A stretch of 48,005 bases of DNA from Candidatus Korobacteraceae bacterium. GTDB lineage: Bacteria > Acidobacteriota > Terriglobia > Terriglobales > Acidobacteriaceae. The notes beneath the pieces are model-generated. The model made no database searches and was not told where the DNA came from. It was given only the letters and a program-made list of their open reading frames with translations. Of this stretch, positions 8,267 to 16,637 are shown one piece after another; within the stretch, counting starts at the first letter, position 1; every line of letters starts with the position of its first letter. The stretch lies in contig JBEKTC010000004.1 of assembly GCA_049516475.1 (NCBI GenBank), positions 1-48,005 of the forward strand, read 5' to 3'. A program made the position numbers and the translations under genes.

Positions 8267-9358
8267 TTGCAAAAACGAAAACTGCTTGCGCTGGATGGCG
8301 GCGGGATTCGGGGCGTACTGAGCCTGGGGATCCTGGCCAAGGTTGAGAAGATTGTAGGGAAGCCGCTGGGCGATTACTTCGACTACATTGGGGGCACCAG
8401 CACGGGAGCCATTATCGCGACCGGATTGGCGCTCGGGTTTAGCGTGTCGAAACTCCGGCAGTTTTACGATGACTGCGGGCCGATGATGTTCGAGCCGCGG
8501 TTTCTTCTGCAACGTTACAAGAGTCAATATGCGAGCGACCCGCTAAGGAAGAAATTGATGGACACCTTCGGGCCGGAACGAACGCTTGGCTCGGCGGATT
8601 TGAAGCCCAAGCTATTGATCATGACGCGAAACTGGACTACCGATTCGCCATGGCCGGTCAGCAATAATCCTGCTGCGAAATATAATGATCGCAACCGGCC
8701 AGACTGTAATTTAAACATTCCGCTTTGGCAATTGGTGCGGGCGAGCACGGCTGCTCCAACTTATTTTCCGCCGGAGGTTTTGAACTGGGACAAGGCAGAT
8801 TCCAGCAAGAGCTTCGCCTTTGTGGATGGCGGCATCACGCCGTATAACAACCCGGCATTTCAGCTGTTTCGAATGGCAACGCTCCCGGAGTACCGCCTGG
8901 GGTGGGAAACGGGCGAAGACAACATGCTGATTATTTCAGTCGGAACCGGGTCGGCGCCCTCGGCGGGACCCAGTTACGAGAATCCGGACAAGTCGATTCT
9001 CTCTCAAATTCCGGGATTGATTTCGGCGTTGATGTACGCAGCGGAAGTGGACCAGGATCTTAGCTGCCGCACGGTCGGAAGATGTGTTTACGGCCACGCG
9101 ATCGATCGCGAACTAGGAAATATGATTCCGGGTGCCGATCCGATACCGCAGAAAGCTTTTCGGTACGCACGCTACAACGCGGAGCTGACCGAAAAAGGAT
9201 TAGACGATGTTAAACTCGGCGAATTGAAGCCTAAGCTCGACGAACTCCTGAAAATGGACCTTGCCACACCGGAGAACATGAAGCGATTGAGGGTGGTGGG
9301 CGACGCCGTGGGGAGCGAAGTAAAACCGGAGCATTTCGGCGATTTCCTGGGCGCATAG
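8267..9358 (+). CDS. Patatin-like phospholipase (CapV-like size and motifs)
   Basis: TTG at 8267 with GAGAGAGGG upstream; the ORF track's start at 8063 adds 68 non-family residues. Oxyanion motif LALDGGGIRG. Nucleophile motif GGTSTGA, with Ser codon at 8399-8401. Catalytic Asp in FVDGGITPYNNP, codon at 8825-8827. Confidence 0.85.
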   Translation: MQKRKLLALDGGGIRGVLSLGILAKVEKIVGKPLGDYFDYIGGTSTGAIIATGLALGFSVSKLRQFYDDCGPMMFEPRFLLQRYKSQYASDPLRKKLMDTFGPERTLGSADLKPKLLIMTRNWTTDSPWPVSNNPAAKYNDRNRPDCNLNIPLWQLVRASTAAPTYFPPEVLNWDKADSSKSFAFVDGGITPYNNPAFQLFRMATLPEYRLGWETGEDNMLIISVGTGSAPSAGPSYENPDKSILSQIPGLISALMYAAEVDQDLSCRTVGRCVYGHAIDRELGNMIPGADPIPQKAFRYARYNAELTEKGLDDVKLGELKPKLDELLKMDLATPENMKRLRVVGDAVGSEVKPEHFGDFLGA

Positions 9359-9370
9359 GAGACGGGAAGG

Positions 9371-11371
9371 ATGCAGGCATTTATTGTTCGGCCATTCGGA
9401 ACCAAGGGTGGGATCGACTTCGAAGCGGTTGATGAGAAGTTGATCCAACCGGCATTGAAAGAGGCGGAGATCACAGGAGGCACCACCGGGTCGATCCTGG
9501 AAGCCGGCAACATTCGGGAGGACATGTTTCAGTTGCTGCTGGTGGCGGACCTGGTGATTGCGGACATATCGATTCACAACGCAAATGTTTTTTATGAGTT
9601 GGGAATCCGGCATGCAGTTCGCGCGCGGCAAACGTTCATGATCCGGGCCAAGGGACAGAAGCCGCGAGTGCAGCGCGGGCCGGAGGATGAGGTTCCATTC
9701 GATCTGAAGACGGACCGGTATCTGGAATACGACGCGGCTAACCCCGGCGCGTCGCTGGCAGTGCTGGTGAGGGCGCTCAAGGAAACGAAGGCTTCGAGCC
9801 GGGTGGATAGCCCGGTGTTCCGATCGCTGCCGGGGCTGAAAGAGACGGAACGGTCGAAGTTGAGCGCGGTGCCGGCGGATTTCGCAGACGAGGTGAACCT
9901 GGCGGCGAGCAAGGCGCAGGGCGGAAAGCTGGGGCTGCTGGCCCGAGAGGCTGGGCGCTTCTTATGGGAACAAGAGGGCCGACGGCTGGTGGGGCGCCGT
10001 CAATTCAAGGGTAAGTTCTTGGTCTCCGGGCGCGAAACCTGGGAATCCGTAACCAGGCAGGAGCCACTCGATCCAGAAGCGAACCTGATCCTGGGGACGA
10101 TACACCAACGTCTGGGCGATCTCACGCAATCCGACCAATGCTTGCAACGAGTGCTCGAAAACCCGGCGGTCCGCAAGGAAGATCGGGCTGAGGCGCTAGC
10201 CTTGCGAGGCCGCAATCAAAAGGCGATGGGGCGGGCGCTGTGGGGAGACAAGGACCAGGCGGCGAAGCGTGCGAGCGTGATCGGGAAAGGGTTGTTCGTA
10301 CTAGCGAGAGATCTCTATGCGGAGGGATTCAAGTGCAACCTGGACCACTTCTACTCGGGACTAAACGCGCTCGCACTTTCGGTGTTGCTGATCGAGCTCA
10401 TCGGCCAGGAACAGGAGGCGTGGAAGGAGACCTTCGATAGCGACGTCAAAGCGGCGCAGGCAGAGGAAGATCTGAAGACAAGCCGGGATCGATTGGCCGG
10501 AGCCGTGGGGATATCCCTGGAGGCGGCTGAAGAGGCGGACCTCAACTCCGGCAACCCCGATATCTGGTTAGCAGTTTCCAAAGCCGATTACCTATTTCTG
10601 ACCGCCAAGAGAGATGCGGCAGCCGCGGCGGCATACGAGCGCGTCGCGATCGGACTCCAGCCGTTCGAGCGTGGGGCCGTACGAGATCAACTCGAAATGT
10701 TTGCGGAAGTGAGTGTGCGCGCCGACCGGGCCCGGTTGTGCCTTGAAAAGTTAGGAGCAGCTGCCGAGTCGGCACCGGCGCTACGGCAAGTGATTCTGTT
10801 CACTGGACACATGATCGATAAGCCGGACCGAAAAGAGCCGCGCTTTCCGGCGAGCGCGGAGGCGCGGGCGCGAGCGGCCATCGAGAACGAGGTGCGGCAG
10901 TTGGTGGAGGCGCTTCCGGGACCCGCGCTGGGAGTTGCGGGCGGAGCGAATGGAGGAGACATTCTGTTCCATGAGATCTGCGCGTCACTGAAGATTCCGA
11001 CGCGCGTTCTGTTGACGCTGCCGGAGGGCCCGTTCATCGCAGAGTCCGTGGCGGGCGGAGGGCCGGGTTGGATTGGGCGCTTCAATTCACTGATGACCAG
11101 CCATCCCGGGAAAAATGAGGTGCAGGTGCTGAGCGGGTCGAAGGATCTGCCGTCGTGGATGCGTGCACCGGCGGGCTACGATGTGTGGCAGCGAACGAAT
11201 ATCTGGCTGCTCGAAGAAGCGCTGGCGAGCGGAGCGCCCAATCTGTCATTAATTGCGCTCTGGGACTGCAAGAGTGGCGATGGTCCGGGCGGCACGAAGG
11301 ATCTGGTGGAACAGGCGCGGAAACATGGCGTAAATACGATCCTTCTGGATACTACTGCGCTTTTTGCTTAA
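9371..11371 (+). CDS. Three-part protein: N-terminal nucleoside 2-deoxyribosyltransferase/TIR-like flavodoxin-fold domain, central TPR-like (DUF4071-like) helical region, C-terminal SLOG-like (LOG/YpsA/ThsA-C-like) domain
   Basis: Starts 12 nt after the patatin stop, with GGAGACGGGAAGG upstream. N-terminus: MQAFIVRPFG...ADLVIADISIHNANVFYELGIRHA (nt 9545-9616). Middle: helical repeats including DHFYSGLNALALSVLL. C-terminus (nt 10781-11368): VILFTGHMID..., the glycine loop GVAGGANGGD (nt 10940-10960) and GDGPGGTKDLV (nt 11276-11308), which resembles the LOG PGGxGT motif. Confidence 0.7.
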   Translation: MQAFIVRPFGTKGGIDFEAVDEKLIQPALKEAEITGGTTGSILEAGNIREDMFQLLLVADLVIADISIHNANVFYELGIRHAVRARQTFMIRAKGQKPRVQRGPEDEVPFDLKTDRYLEYDAANPGASLAVLVRALKETKASSRVDSPVFRSLPGLKETERSKLSAVPADFADEVNLAASKAQGGKLGLLAREAGRFLWEQEGRRLVGRRQFKGKFLVSGRETWESVTRQEPLDPEANLILGTIHQRLGDLTQSDQCLQRVLENPAVRKEDRAEALALRGRNQKAMGRALWGDKDQAAKRASVIGKGLFVLARDLYAEGFKCNLDHFYSGLNALALSVLLIELIGQEQEAWKETFDSDVKAAQAEEDLKTSRDRLAGAVGISLEAAEEADLNSGNPDIWLAVSKADYLFLTAKRDAAAAAAYERVAIGLQPFERGAVRDQLEMFAEVSVRADRARLCLEKLGAAAESAPALRQVILFTGHMIDKPDRKEPRFPASAEARARAAIENEVRQLVEALPGPALGVAGGANGGDILFHEICASLKIPTRVLLTLPEGPFIAESVAGGGPGWIGRFNSLMTSHPGKNEVQVLSGSKDLPSWMRAPAGYDVWQRTNIWLLEEALASGAPNLSLIALWDCKSGDGPGGTKDLVEQARKHGVNTILLDTTALFA

Positions 11372-11759
11372 GTAACCAGGCCGCGCCGTCTGCGCCGCCT
11401 GTGAACGTGTGCAGGAGGTGATGGTCTGCAACCCGGCGGGACGGCTAAGGGGAAAGGCAAATCGCAACGCCGGGTCCGTTACCTGATGCAAGAACCACCC
11501 AACCTCAATGTGCAACTCGCATGAAGCGAGGGCGGCTATTGGCAAGGAGCTGGACCGCTAAACTAGCAAAAGCAAACTCTCGACTAAAGCTCTCATCCAT
11601 CCAGACCTCACGACCTGCGCTAGTTTTTCAACAGTCTCGCTAGATTTCGGGCAGGCTCGGGATCCCGGCGACACGTGCGTCGGGGGCCGAGGCTGCATCA
11701 ATCCGCAAACGCGAACTCCTGAGGAAGGGATGGTTCCTGCGAAACTAATTGATTTAATT

Positions 11760-11836
<77 letters not shown>

Positions 11837-12021
11837 TTCAATGGCTTACGGATGCTGCTGTGTCGCGCGATGCGCATGATCGTGAAGGCATCGACTCCCG
11901 GCTCACCAAGCCTCGTCAGCATTGTATGGCACGCGGCATCGCAAGCCAACGTGCTGGTGGGCCTAAACGGAAGACGGGTTGATAGCCCACCGTCACGATC
12001 AAAATTTACCGCCGCCCGCAG

Positions 12022-12879
12022 CTACGCCCTATTGACATTCGAGGCCGAATCTACGTACTTGATGAGCAGCACCTCGTTGCCGATATCACTGTAAATCAAC
12101 TCATCCACGGTGCCACCGGCCAGAAGAAGGCCGTATCCCCCGGGGCGCATTCCTTCTGCTTCGCGCTGCGCAATGTGGGCCGCGGGATCGTCAGCCGGAT
12201 TTGCAATCGCCGCATGGCTGAGCGATTCGCGGCGGAAACCAGCACCGGGATCGCGTATGTAAAACACCATGGCTCTTGCAGTGCGAACGGCCGCGACTTC
12301 AACCACCTGCTCGGGATTGAACGCCGCTCCATGTTCCATGGCGTTCAGTAAAATCTCTCGCAACGCCTGCATCATTTCCTGCCGGGTGTCCTCAGGTAAT
12401 CGAGCACTCAACTCGTTCGCAAAAGTCATAAGGCGCTCGGCTGTAATGAGGCGGCAATTTACGCGGACTGACACCCAGCCAGGCTTGGCCGAGAGAATTT
12501 GTATGTCGTCCAGTCCTTGGCTGTCGGAGGCTGCGCTACAGGCCAGGTTCGCGATCTCGTCCGCATCGAATGGAGGAGTGAAACAGGCGAACACCCGTGC
12601 ACGCAGGGCAGCGATGACTTCGTCTGGAGTGCTTTGACGAGCCAGCAGGATGCTCTTCACCCCCGGCCGGATAGCGCGCATCTCCTCCAGCAGCGCCAGA
12701 TCCTCCTCGACTGTACTGTCGGGACTAGTGATGACGACCCCGAACGATCGCATCCGCAACCTCTGCAGGGCATCAGCGTGCCCTGCCGAGTATTCCATGG
12801 GGAAACCGGTGGCAGAGAGTGCACTCACTATCTCCCGGCTCACCTGGGTCTCACTTCCAATGACTAGAACCCGGCTCAT
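12022..12879 (-). CDS. Atypical (pseudo-)receiver domain fused to a GHKL/HATPase_c anti-sigma-factor-like kinase domain
   Basis: The N-terminus has a CheY-like layout but reads VLVIGSET and VVITSPDS where the acidic pocket is expected. The C-terminus has REILLNAMEHGA...FYIRDPGAGF...GGYGLLLAGGTVDEL, typical of the RsbW/SpoIIAB-type ATPase fold. Confidence 0.65.
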   Translation of the reverse strand: MSRVLVIGSETQVSREIVSALSATGFPMEYSAGHADALQRLRMRSFGVVITSPDSTVEEDLALLEEMRAIRPGVKSILLARQSTPDEVIAALRARVFACFTPPFDADEIANLACSAASDSQGLDDIQILSAKPGWVSVRVNCRLITAERLMTFANELSARLPEDTRQEMMQALREILLNAMEHGAAFNPEQVVEVAAVRTARAMVFYIRDPGAGFRRESLSHAAIANPADDPAAHIAQREAEGMRPGGYGLLLAGGTVDELIYSDIGNEVLLIKYVDSASNVNRA

Positions 12880-13347
12880 GTTGTGCTCCCGGCGATGAAC
12901 TCAGCAATCTTAAATGCAGCACTTGTGCAGACAGATCATAGATCAAGAGGAGTGGGAACAATTCCGACCGAGTGACGGGCTGCACGGAAGTAGTTCATTT
13001 GGCCGGCTAACGAACTGAACAGGGGCGGGCGATGGCTGCGGTAAACGGGCCATGTCGCAAGAATCTTTGCGGCACATCGCAGGCTGGCGGTCACATCAAT
13101 CGCCCCTGCTATATCGGCTGCGGCACGGTGTGGGAAATCACGCCGTAAGGTTTCAGTTTTTTGGGGGATTACGGTTGCGAACACCTCCATTCTTAAACAA
13201 CACTCTTACGCTCGCTCAGTTTTCCAGAAACGACTATTTTGAGGATTGCCCGTTGCGCGAAAGAGTGCCAATCGGTTTTAATCTCCTTACATCCGGCGGG
13301 GTTCATTCAATGGCTGTGAGAAACCCTGTCGTACAGGAGCTCTTCGA

Positions 13348-14622
13348 GTGAAACATGTTGTGATCGTGGGAGGCGGTTTTGCTGGGCTGAACTGCGCCAA
13401 GAAGCTGGCTAAGCACCCTGACGTTCGGGTCACGCTGATCGACAAGAACAATTATCAGCAATTTCAGCCGTTGCTCTACCAGGTGGCTGGTGCGGCCCTG
13501 TCGCCAAGCAACATCGCTTTTAATTTGCGCAGTCTTCTGCGGGACCATCCCAATGTAGATGTCAAGATGTCAGAGGTCGTCTCGGTCGATCTCAACACGC
13601 GCACCGTCCATACCGCCGAGGGCCAGGCATATCAAGGCGATTTTCTGGTGCTGGCCGCCGGATCGCAGGCGAATTTCTTTGGCACACCCGGAGCCGACAA
13701 GCACAGCTATCCCCTGTACTCGCTACGTGACGCCGAGGCCCTTCGCTCGCGAGTCATCGCCGTTTTGGAATGTGCGGATCGCGATTCCTCGCTGGTTGCC
13801 AAAGGGGCGCTGAACTTCGTAATCGTCGGAGGCGGTCCCACTGGCACGGAAATGGCGGGCGCTTTCGGAGACGTATTTCATCATGGGCTGAAGAGAACGT
13901 TTGCCGACCTGAAGCTGCGCGGAGGAGAGGTTGTGCTCGTGGATGCTGGCCCCACTCTCCTAGGACCCTTCTCTCCCAAAGCCCAGGCCTATGCCAAAAA
14001 GACGCTGGAGCAACGCGGCGTGCAGATTCGGCTGGACACGCATGTGAAGGAGGTACATCCGGGCCACGTGGTGCTCTCCGATGGGACTACGATCCCCACC
14101 CACACGGTGATCTGGGCCGGAGGTCTCAAGGCTTCATCTTTATCGGAGAACGTAGGAGTCAAGACTGGGCATGGCGGTCGCATTGATGTTCAGCCCGATC
14201 TCACCGTGCCTGGTTTCCCCAACGTCTACGCCTTGGGAGATTTCGCCAATATCGCCGGGAAAGACGGCAACCATTTGCCTCAGCTTGCCTCTGTTGCCGA
14301 ACAGTCTGGCAAGTGGTGCGCTAAGAATATCCTGGCTGACATTGCGGGAGAGCCAAAGGAACCATTCGACTATTTCGACAAAGGCATCATGGCGATGATC
14401 GGGCGTAACTCGGCCGTGGCTGAAGTCGGGGAGCATCGCCACGAACTTCAGGGGGTCGTTGCTTTTGCTGCCTGGGTAGGAGTACACGCTGCTCTGTTGT
14501 CTTCGACCCGTGCCAAGGTCGAAGCCTTTGTGGAATGGGCCTGGGACTATTGTGGCAGTAGCCGCGGCGATGCAATTCTCGATCGCCCGAAACAAAAGGA
14601 CATTGATTGGAACGATGACTGA
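13348..14622 (+). CDS. ndh: Type II NADH:quinone oxidoreductase (NDH-2)
   Basis: Two dinucleotide-binding motifs, VVIVGGGFAGL and FVIVGGGPTGTEMAG. ALGDFA motif. 424 aa. GTG start with CAGGAGC upstream. Confidence 0.85.
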   Translation: MKHVVIVGGGFAGLNCAKKLAKHPDVRVTLIDKNNYQQFQPLLYQVAGAALSPSNIAFNLRSLLRDHPNVDVKMSEVVSVDLNTRTVHTAEGQAYQGDFLVLAAGSQANFFGTPGADKHSYPLYSLRDAEALRSRVIAVLECADRDSSLVAKGALNFVIVGGGPTGTEMAGAFGDVFHHGLKRTFADLKLRGGEVVLVDAGPTLLGPFSPKAQAYAKKTLEQRGVQIRLDTHVKEVHPGHVVLSDGTTIPTHTVIWAGGLKASSLSENVGVKTGHGGRIDVQPDLTVPGFPNVYALGDFANIAGKDGNHLPQLASVAEQSGKWCAKNILADIAGEPKEPFDYFDKGIMAMIGRNSAVAEVGEHRHELQGVVAFAAWVGVHAALLSSTRAKVEAFVEWAWDYCGSSRGDAILDRPKQKDIDWNDD

Positions 14623-14672
14623 CGGCGCGGATATGAAGAAAAAAACCGGCGCCACCGCTTAGTAACACCTGG

Positions 14673-14721
14673 CCGCGCTGTACCTCGGTCGCAGATCGTT
14701 CGCGACAAAAGTACAGCGCGG
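14673..14721. terminator. Nested inverted repeat between convergent ndh and htrA (possible bidirectional terminator)
   Basis: ccgcgctgtac (14673-14683) pairs with gtacagcgcgg (14711-14721). The loop contains a second hairpin, gtcgc..gcgac. No clear U-tract. Confidence 0.3.
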
Positions 14722-14735
14722 TCCCGGTCCTGGAG

Positions 14736-16262
14736 TCAGGCTCCGTTGGTAGCGTGCAGAACGCGGAAAGTATTGCCGCCGTTCGCCCAGATGAGCACCA
14801 GAGCATCCTGTCCCTTGGGAACGCTGGCCAGCGCCTTCTGAACATCGGAAGCGCTCCTAGTCTCGTGACGATTGACGCCGACGATGACCTGTCCAGGCTG
14901 CAAGCCGGCGTCGTCCGAGGGACTGCCCGGCTGCACCTGCTGGATCACCGCTCCGTGCAACTCGTCAGGCGCGCCGATTTGCTGGCGCACGTCGGGAGTC
15001 ATGTCGGTGATACCCAGGCCCCAGCGCGGCTTGTCGTTCGCGTTGTCGGCAACTTTGGTTTCGCCTTTGTCGCCGTCCATGCTTTCCAGCGTGATCGGCA
15101 CGGAGATCGACTTGCCATCGCGCACCAACTGCAAGGCAATCTTCGTTCCCGGAGTCATCTCCCCGACTTCCATCTGGAGTTGTCCGGCGTCGCTGACCTT
15201 CTTGCCGTTGATTTCGGTGATCACATCGCCGACCTTCAGCCCAGCCTTGGCTCCCGGTGAATCCGGTTCCACCTGCGTAACCACTGCTCCATTGTTGTCG
15301 CGGACGTCGAAGAATTTCGCATTCTCCGGGGTAACGTCGGTGATGCCGACGCCCATCCGCCCGTGGCTGACCTTGCCGTCGCGCACCAGCGACTGGACCA
15401 CCGGACTGACAATCTGGGTGGGGATGGCAAAGCCCATTCCGGAGAACGATCCGGAGGTCGAGAACAGAAACGTGTTGATACCGACCACCTCGCCACGAGC
15501 ATTCACCAGCGGGCCACCCGAGTTGCCGGGATTAATGGCGGCGTCGGTTTGGATGAACTGCCCCGGCTTGCGGGGATCGTCACGGTAAGGATTGGGGCGA
15601 TTCAGCGCGCTGACGATACCGCGAGTCACGGTAAAGCGGAAGCCGTAGGGATTGCCGAAGGCGAGCACGGTCTGTCCTGGGTGTAACGCGGACGAGTCGC
15701 CGATCGGAATGTTGGGAAGGTTCGTAGCATCGACCTTGATGACCGCCAGATCGGTCAGCGGATCGGTGCCGACGACTTTCGCCGTCAGGATTCGCCGGTC
15801 GCTAAGCGTCACCTTGATCTCGGTTGCGCCATCGACCACGTGATTGTTGGTAACAATGTAGCCGTCAGGCGAGATGATGACGCCGCTGCCGATGCCATGC
15901 TCGATGCGGGGCTGCGGCTGCATTCCCTGACCGCCGAATTGCTTGCCCCCAAATTGCTGGAAGAAGCGCTGCATTTCGTCAGGCATGCCTTCAGCAGCAG
16001 TCTGTTGCTTCTCGCGCGAGGTAACAGCGACGTTGACGATGGCCGGCGTCACGCGGGCGGCGACGGCTTCCATGGCCTGATCGAGCGAAAGCAATGCGCC
16101 GACCTGGCTGTTGTCCAGCGGTGCGGTGTTGGACGAGACTCCGGCTCGCGCCGGAGCGAACGAGCTGTAAACCACGACGGCGGCAACGAGCGCAAGTGTC
16201 AGCACTACGGCCGCGGGTTGCTTACGGCAAGCTTTCCATCCACGGTTGATCCAAGCTTTCAT
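14736..16262 (-). CDS. Do/HtrA-family periplasmic serine endopeptidase with two PDZ domains
   Basis: Catalytic His (TNNHVV), Asp (DLAVIKV) and Ser (GNSGGPLVN). Two PDZ-like segments. Start placed at the ATG at 16262 because AGGAGA lies 9 nt upstream; the ATG at 16283 contains that SD. Confidence 0.88.
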   Translation of the reverse strand: MKAWINRGWKACRKQPAAVVLTLALVAAVVVYSSFAPARAGVSSNTAPLDNSQVGALLSLDQAMEAVAARVTPAIVNVAVTSREKQQTAAEGMPDEMQRFFQQFGGKQFGGQGMQPQPRIEHGIGSGVIISPDGYIVTNNHVVDGATEIKVTLSDRRILTAKVVGTDPLTDLAVIKVDATNLPNIPIGDSSALHPGQTVLAFGNPYGFRFTVTRGIVSALNRPNPYRDDPRKPGQFIQTDAAINPGNSGGPLVNARGEVVGINTFLFSTSGSFSGMGFAIPTQIVSPVVQSLVRDGKVSHGRMGVGITDVTPENAKFFDVRDNNGAVVTQVEPDSPGAKAGLKVGDVITEINGKKVSDAGQLQMEVGEMTPGTKIALQLVRDGKSISVPITLESMDGDKGETKVADNANDKPRWGLGITDMTPDVRQQIGAPDELHGAVIQQVQPGSPSDDAGLQPGQVIVGVNRHETRSASDVQKALASVPKGQDALVLIWANGGNTFRVLHATNGA

Positions 16263-16637
16263 GTTTCTTTTTTCTCCTGCCAATCAAAAGATTGCGTGAA
16301 CCGACACCTCCGCGCTCTTCCGGCGACGATGTACCGAAAATGCCGAAAGGCACTGATTTTTATGAACCGGACGGGCCGGACAAACGACGATGAATTACCA
16401 GCCGCGCTCCGATGTTCTCACTGGGGAGGTCCAACATGGAATTGGACGACGCCTCTGTCAAAACGTAAGCAGACGGGATTAACCGATGTTCGGACGGGTC
16501 TGGAAATGCCTCGGCACACTGATCCGGCGATCCTCCAGAAACTCGCGGGCGGCTGGATTCCCAGCGCGGGCGGCTAGTTGATTGACTGGCGAATACCGTA
16601 TCCCTAAGATGAAGTGGCCCAAAGGTCACAAACCCTA

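Noticed and set aside
11249-11545. 98-aa minus-strand ORF next to the tRNA, considered as a possible integrase remnant
   Set aside because: No tyrosine-recombinase motifs (no R..H..R..Y pattern), and it overlaps the 3' end of the 666-aa gene. It is probably non-coding.
11852-12094. 80-aa plus-strand ORF between the tRNA and the receiver/GHKL gene
   Set aside because: No SD and no motifs. Its 3' end overlaps the convergent, well-supported gene.
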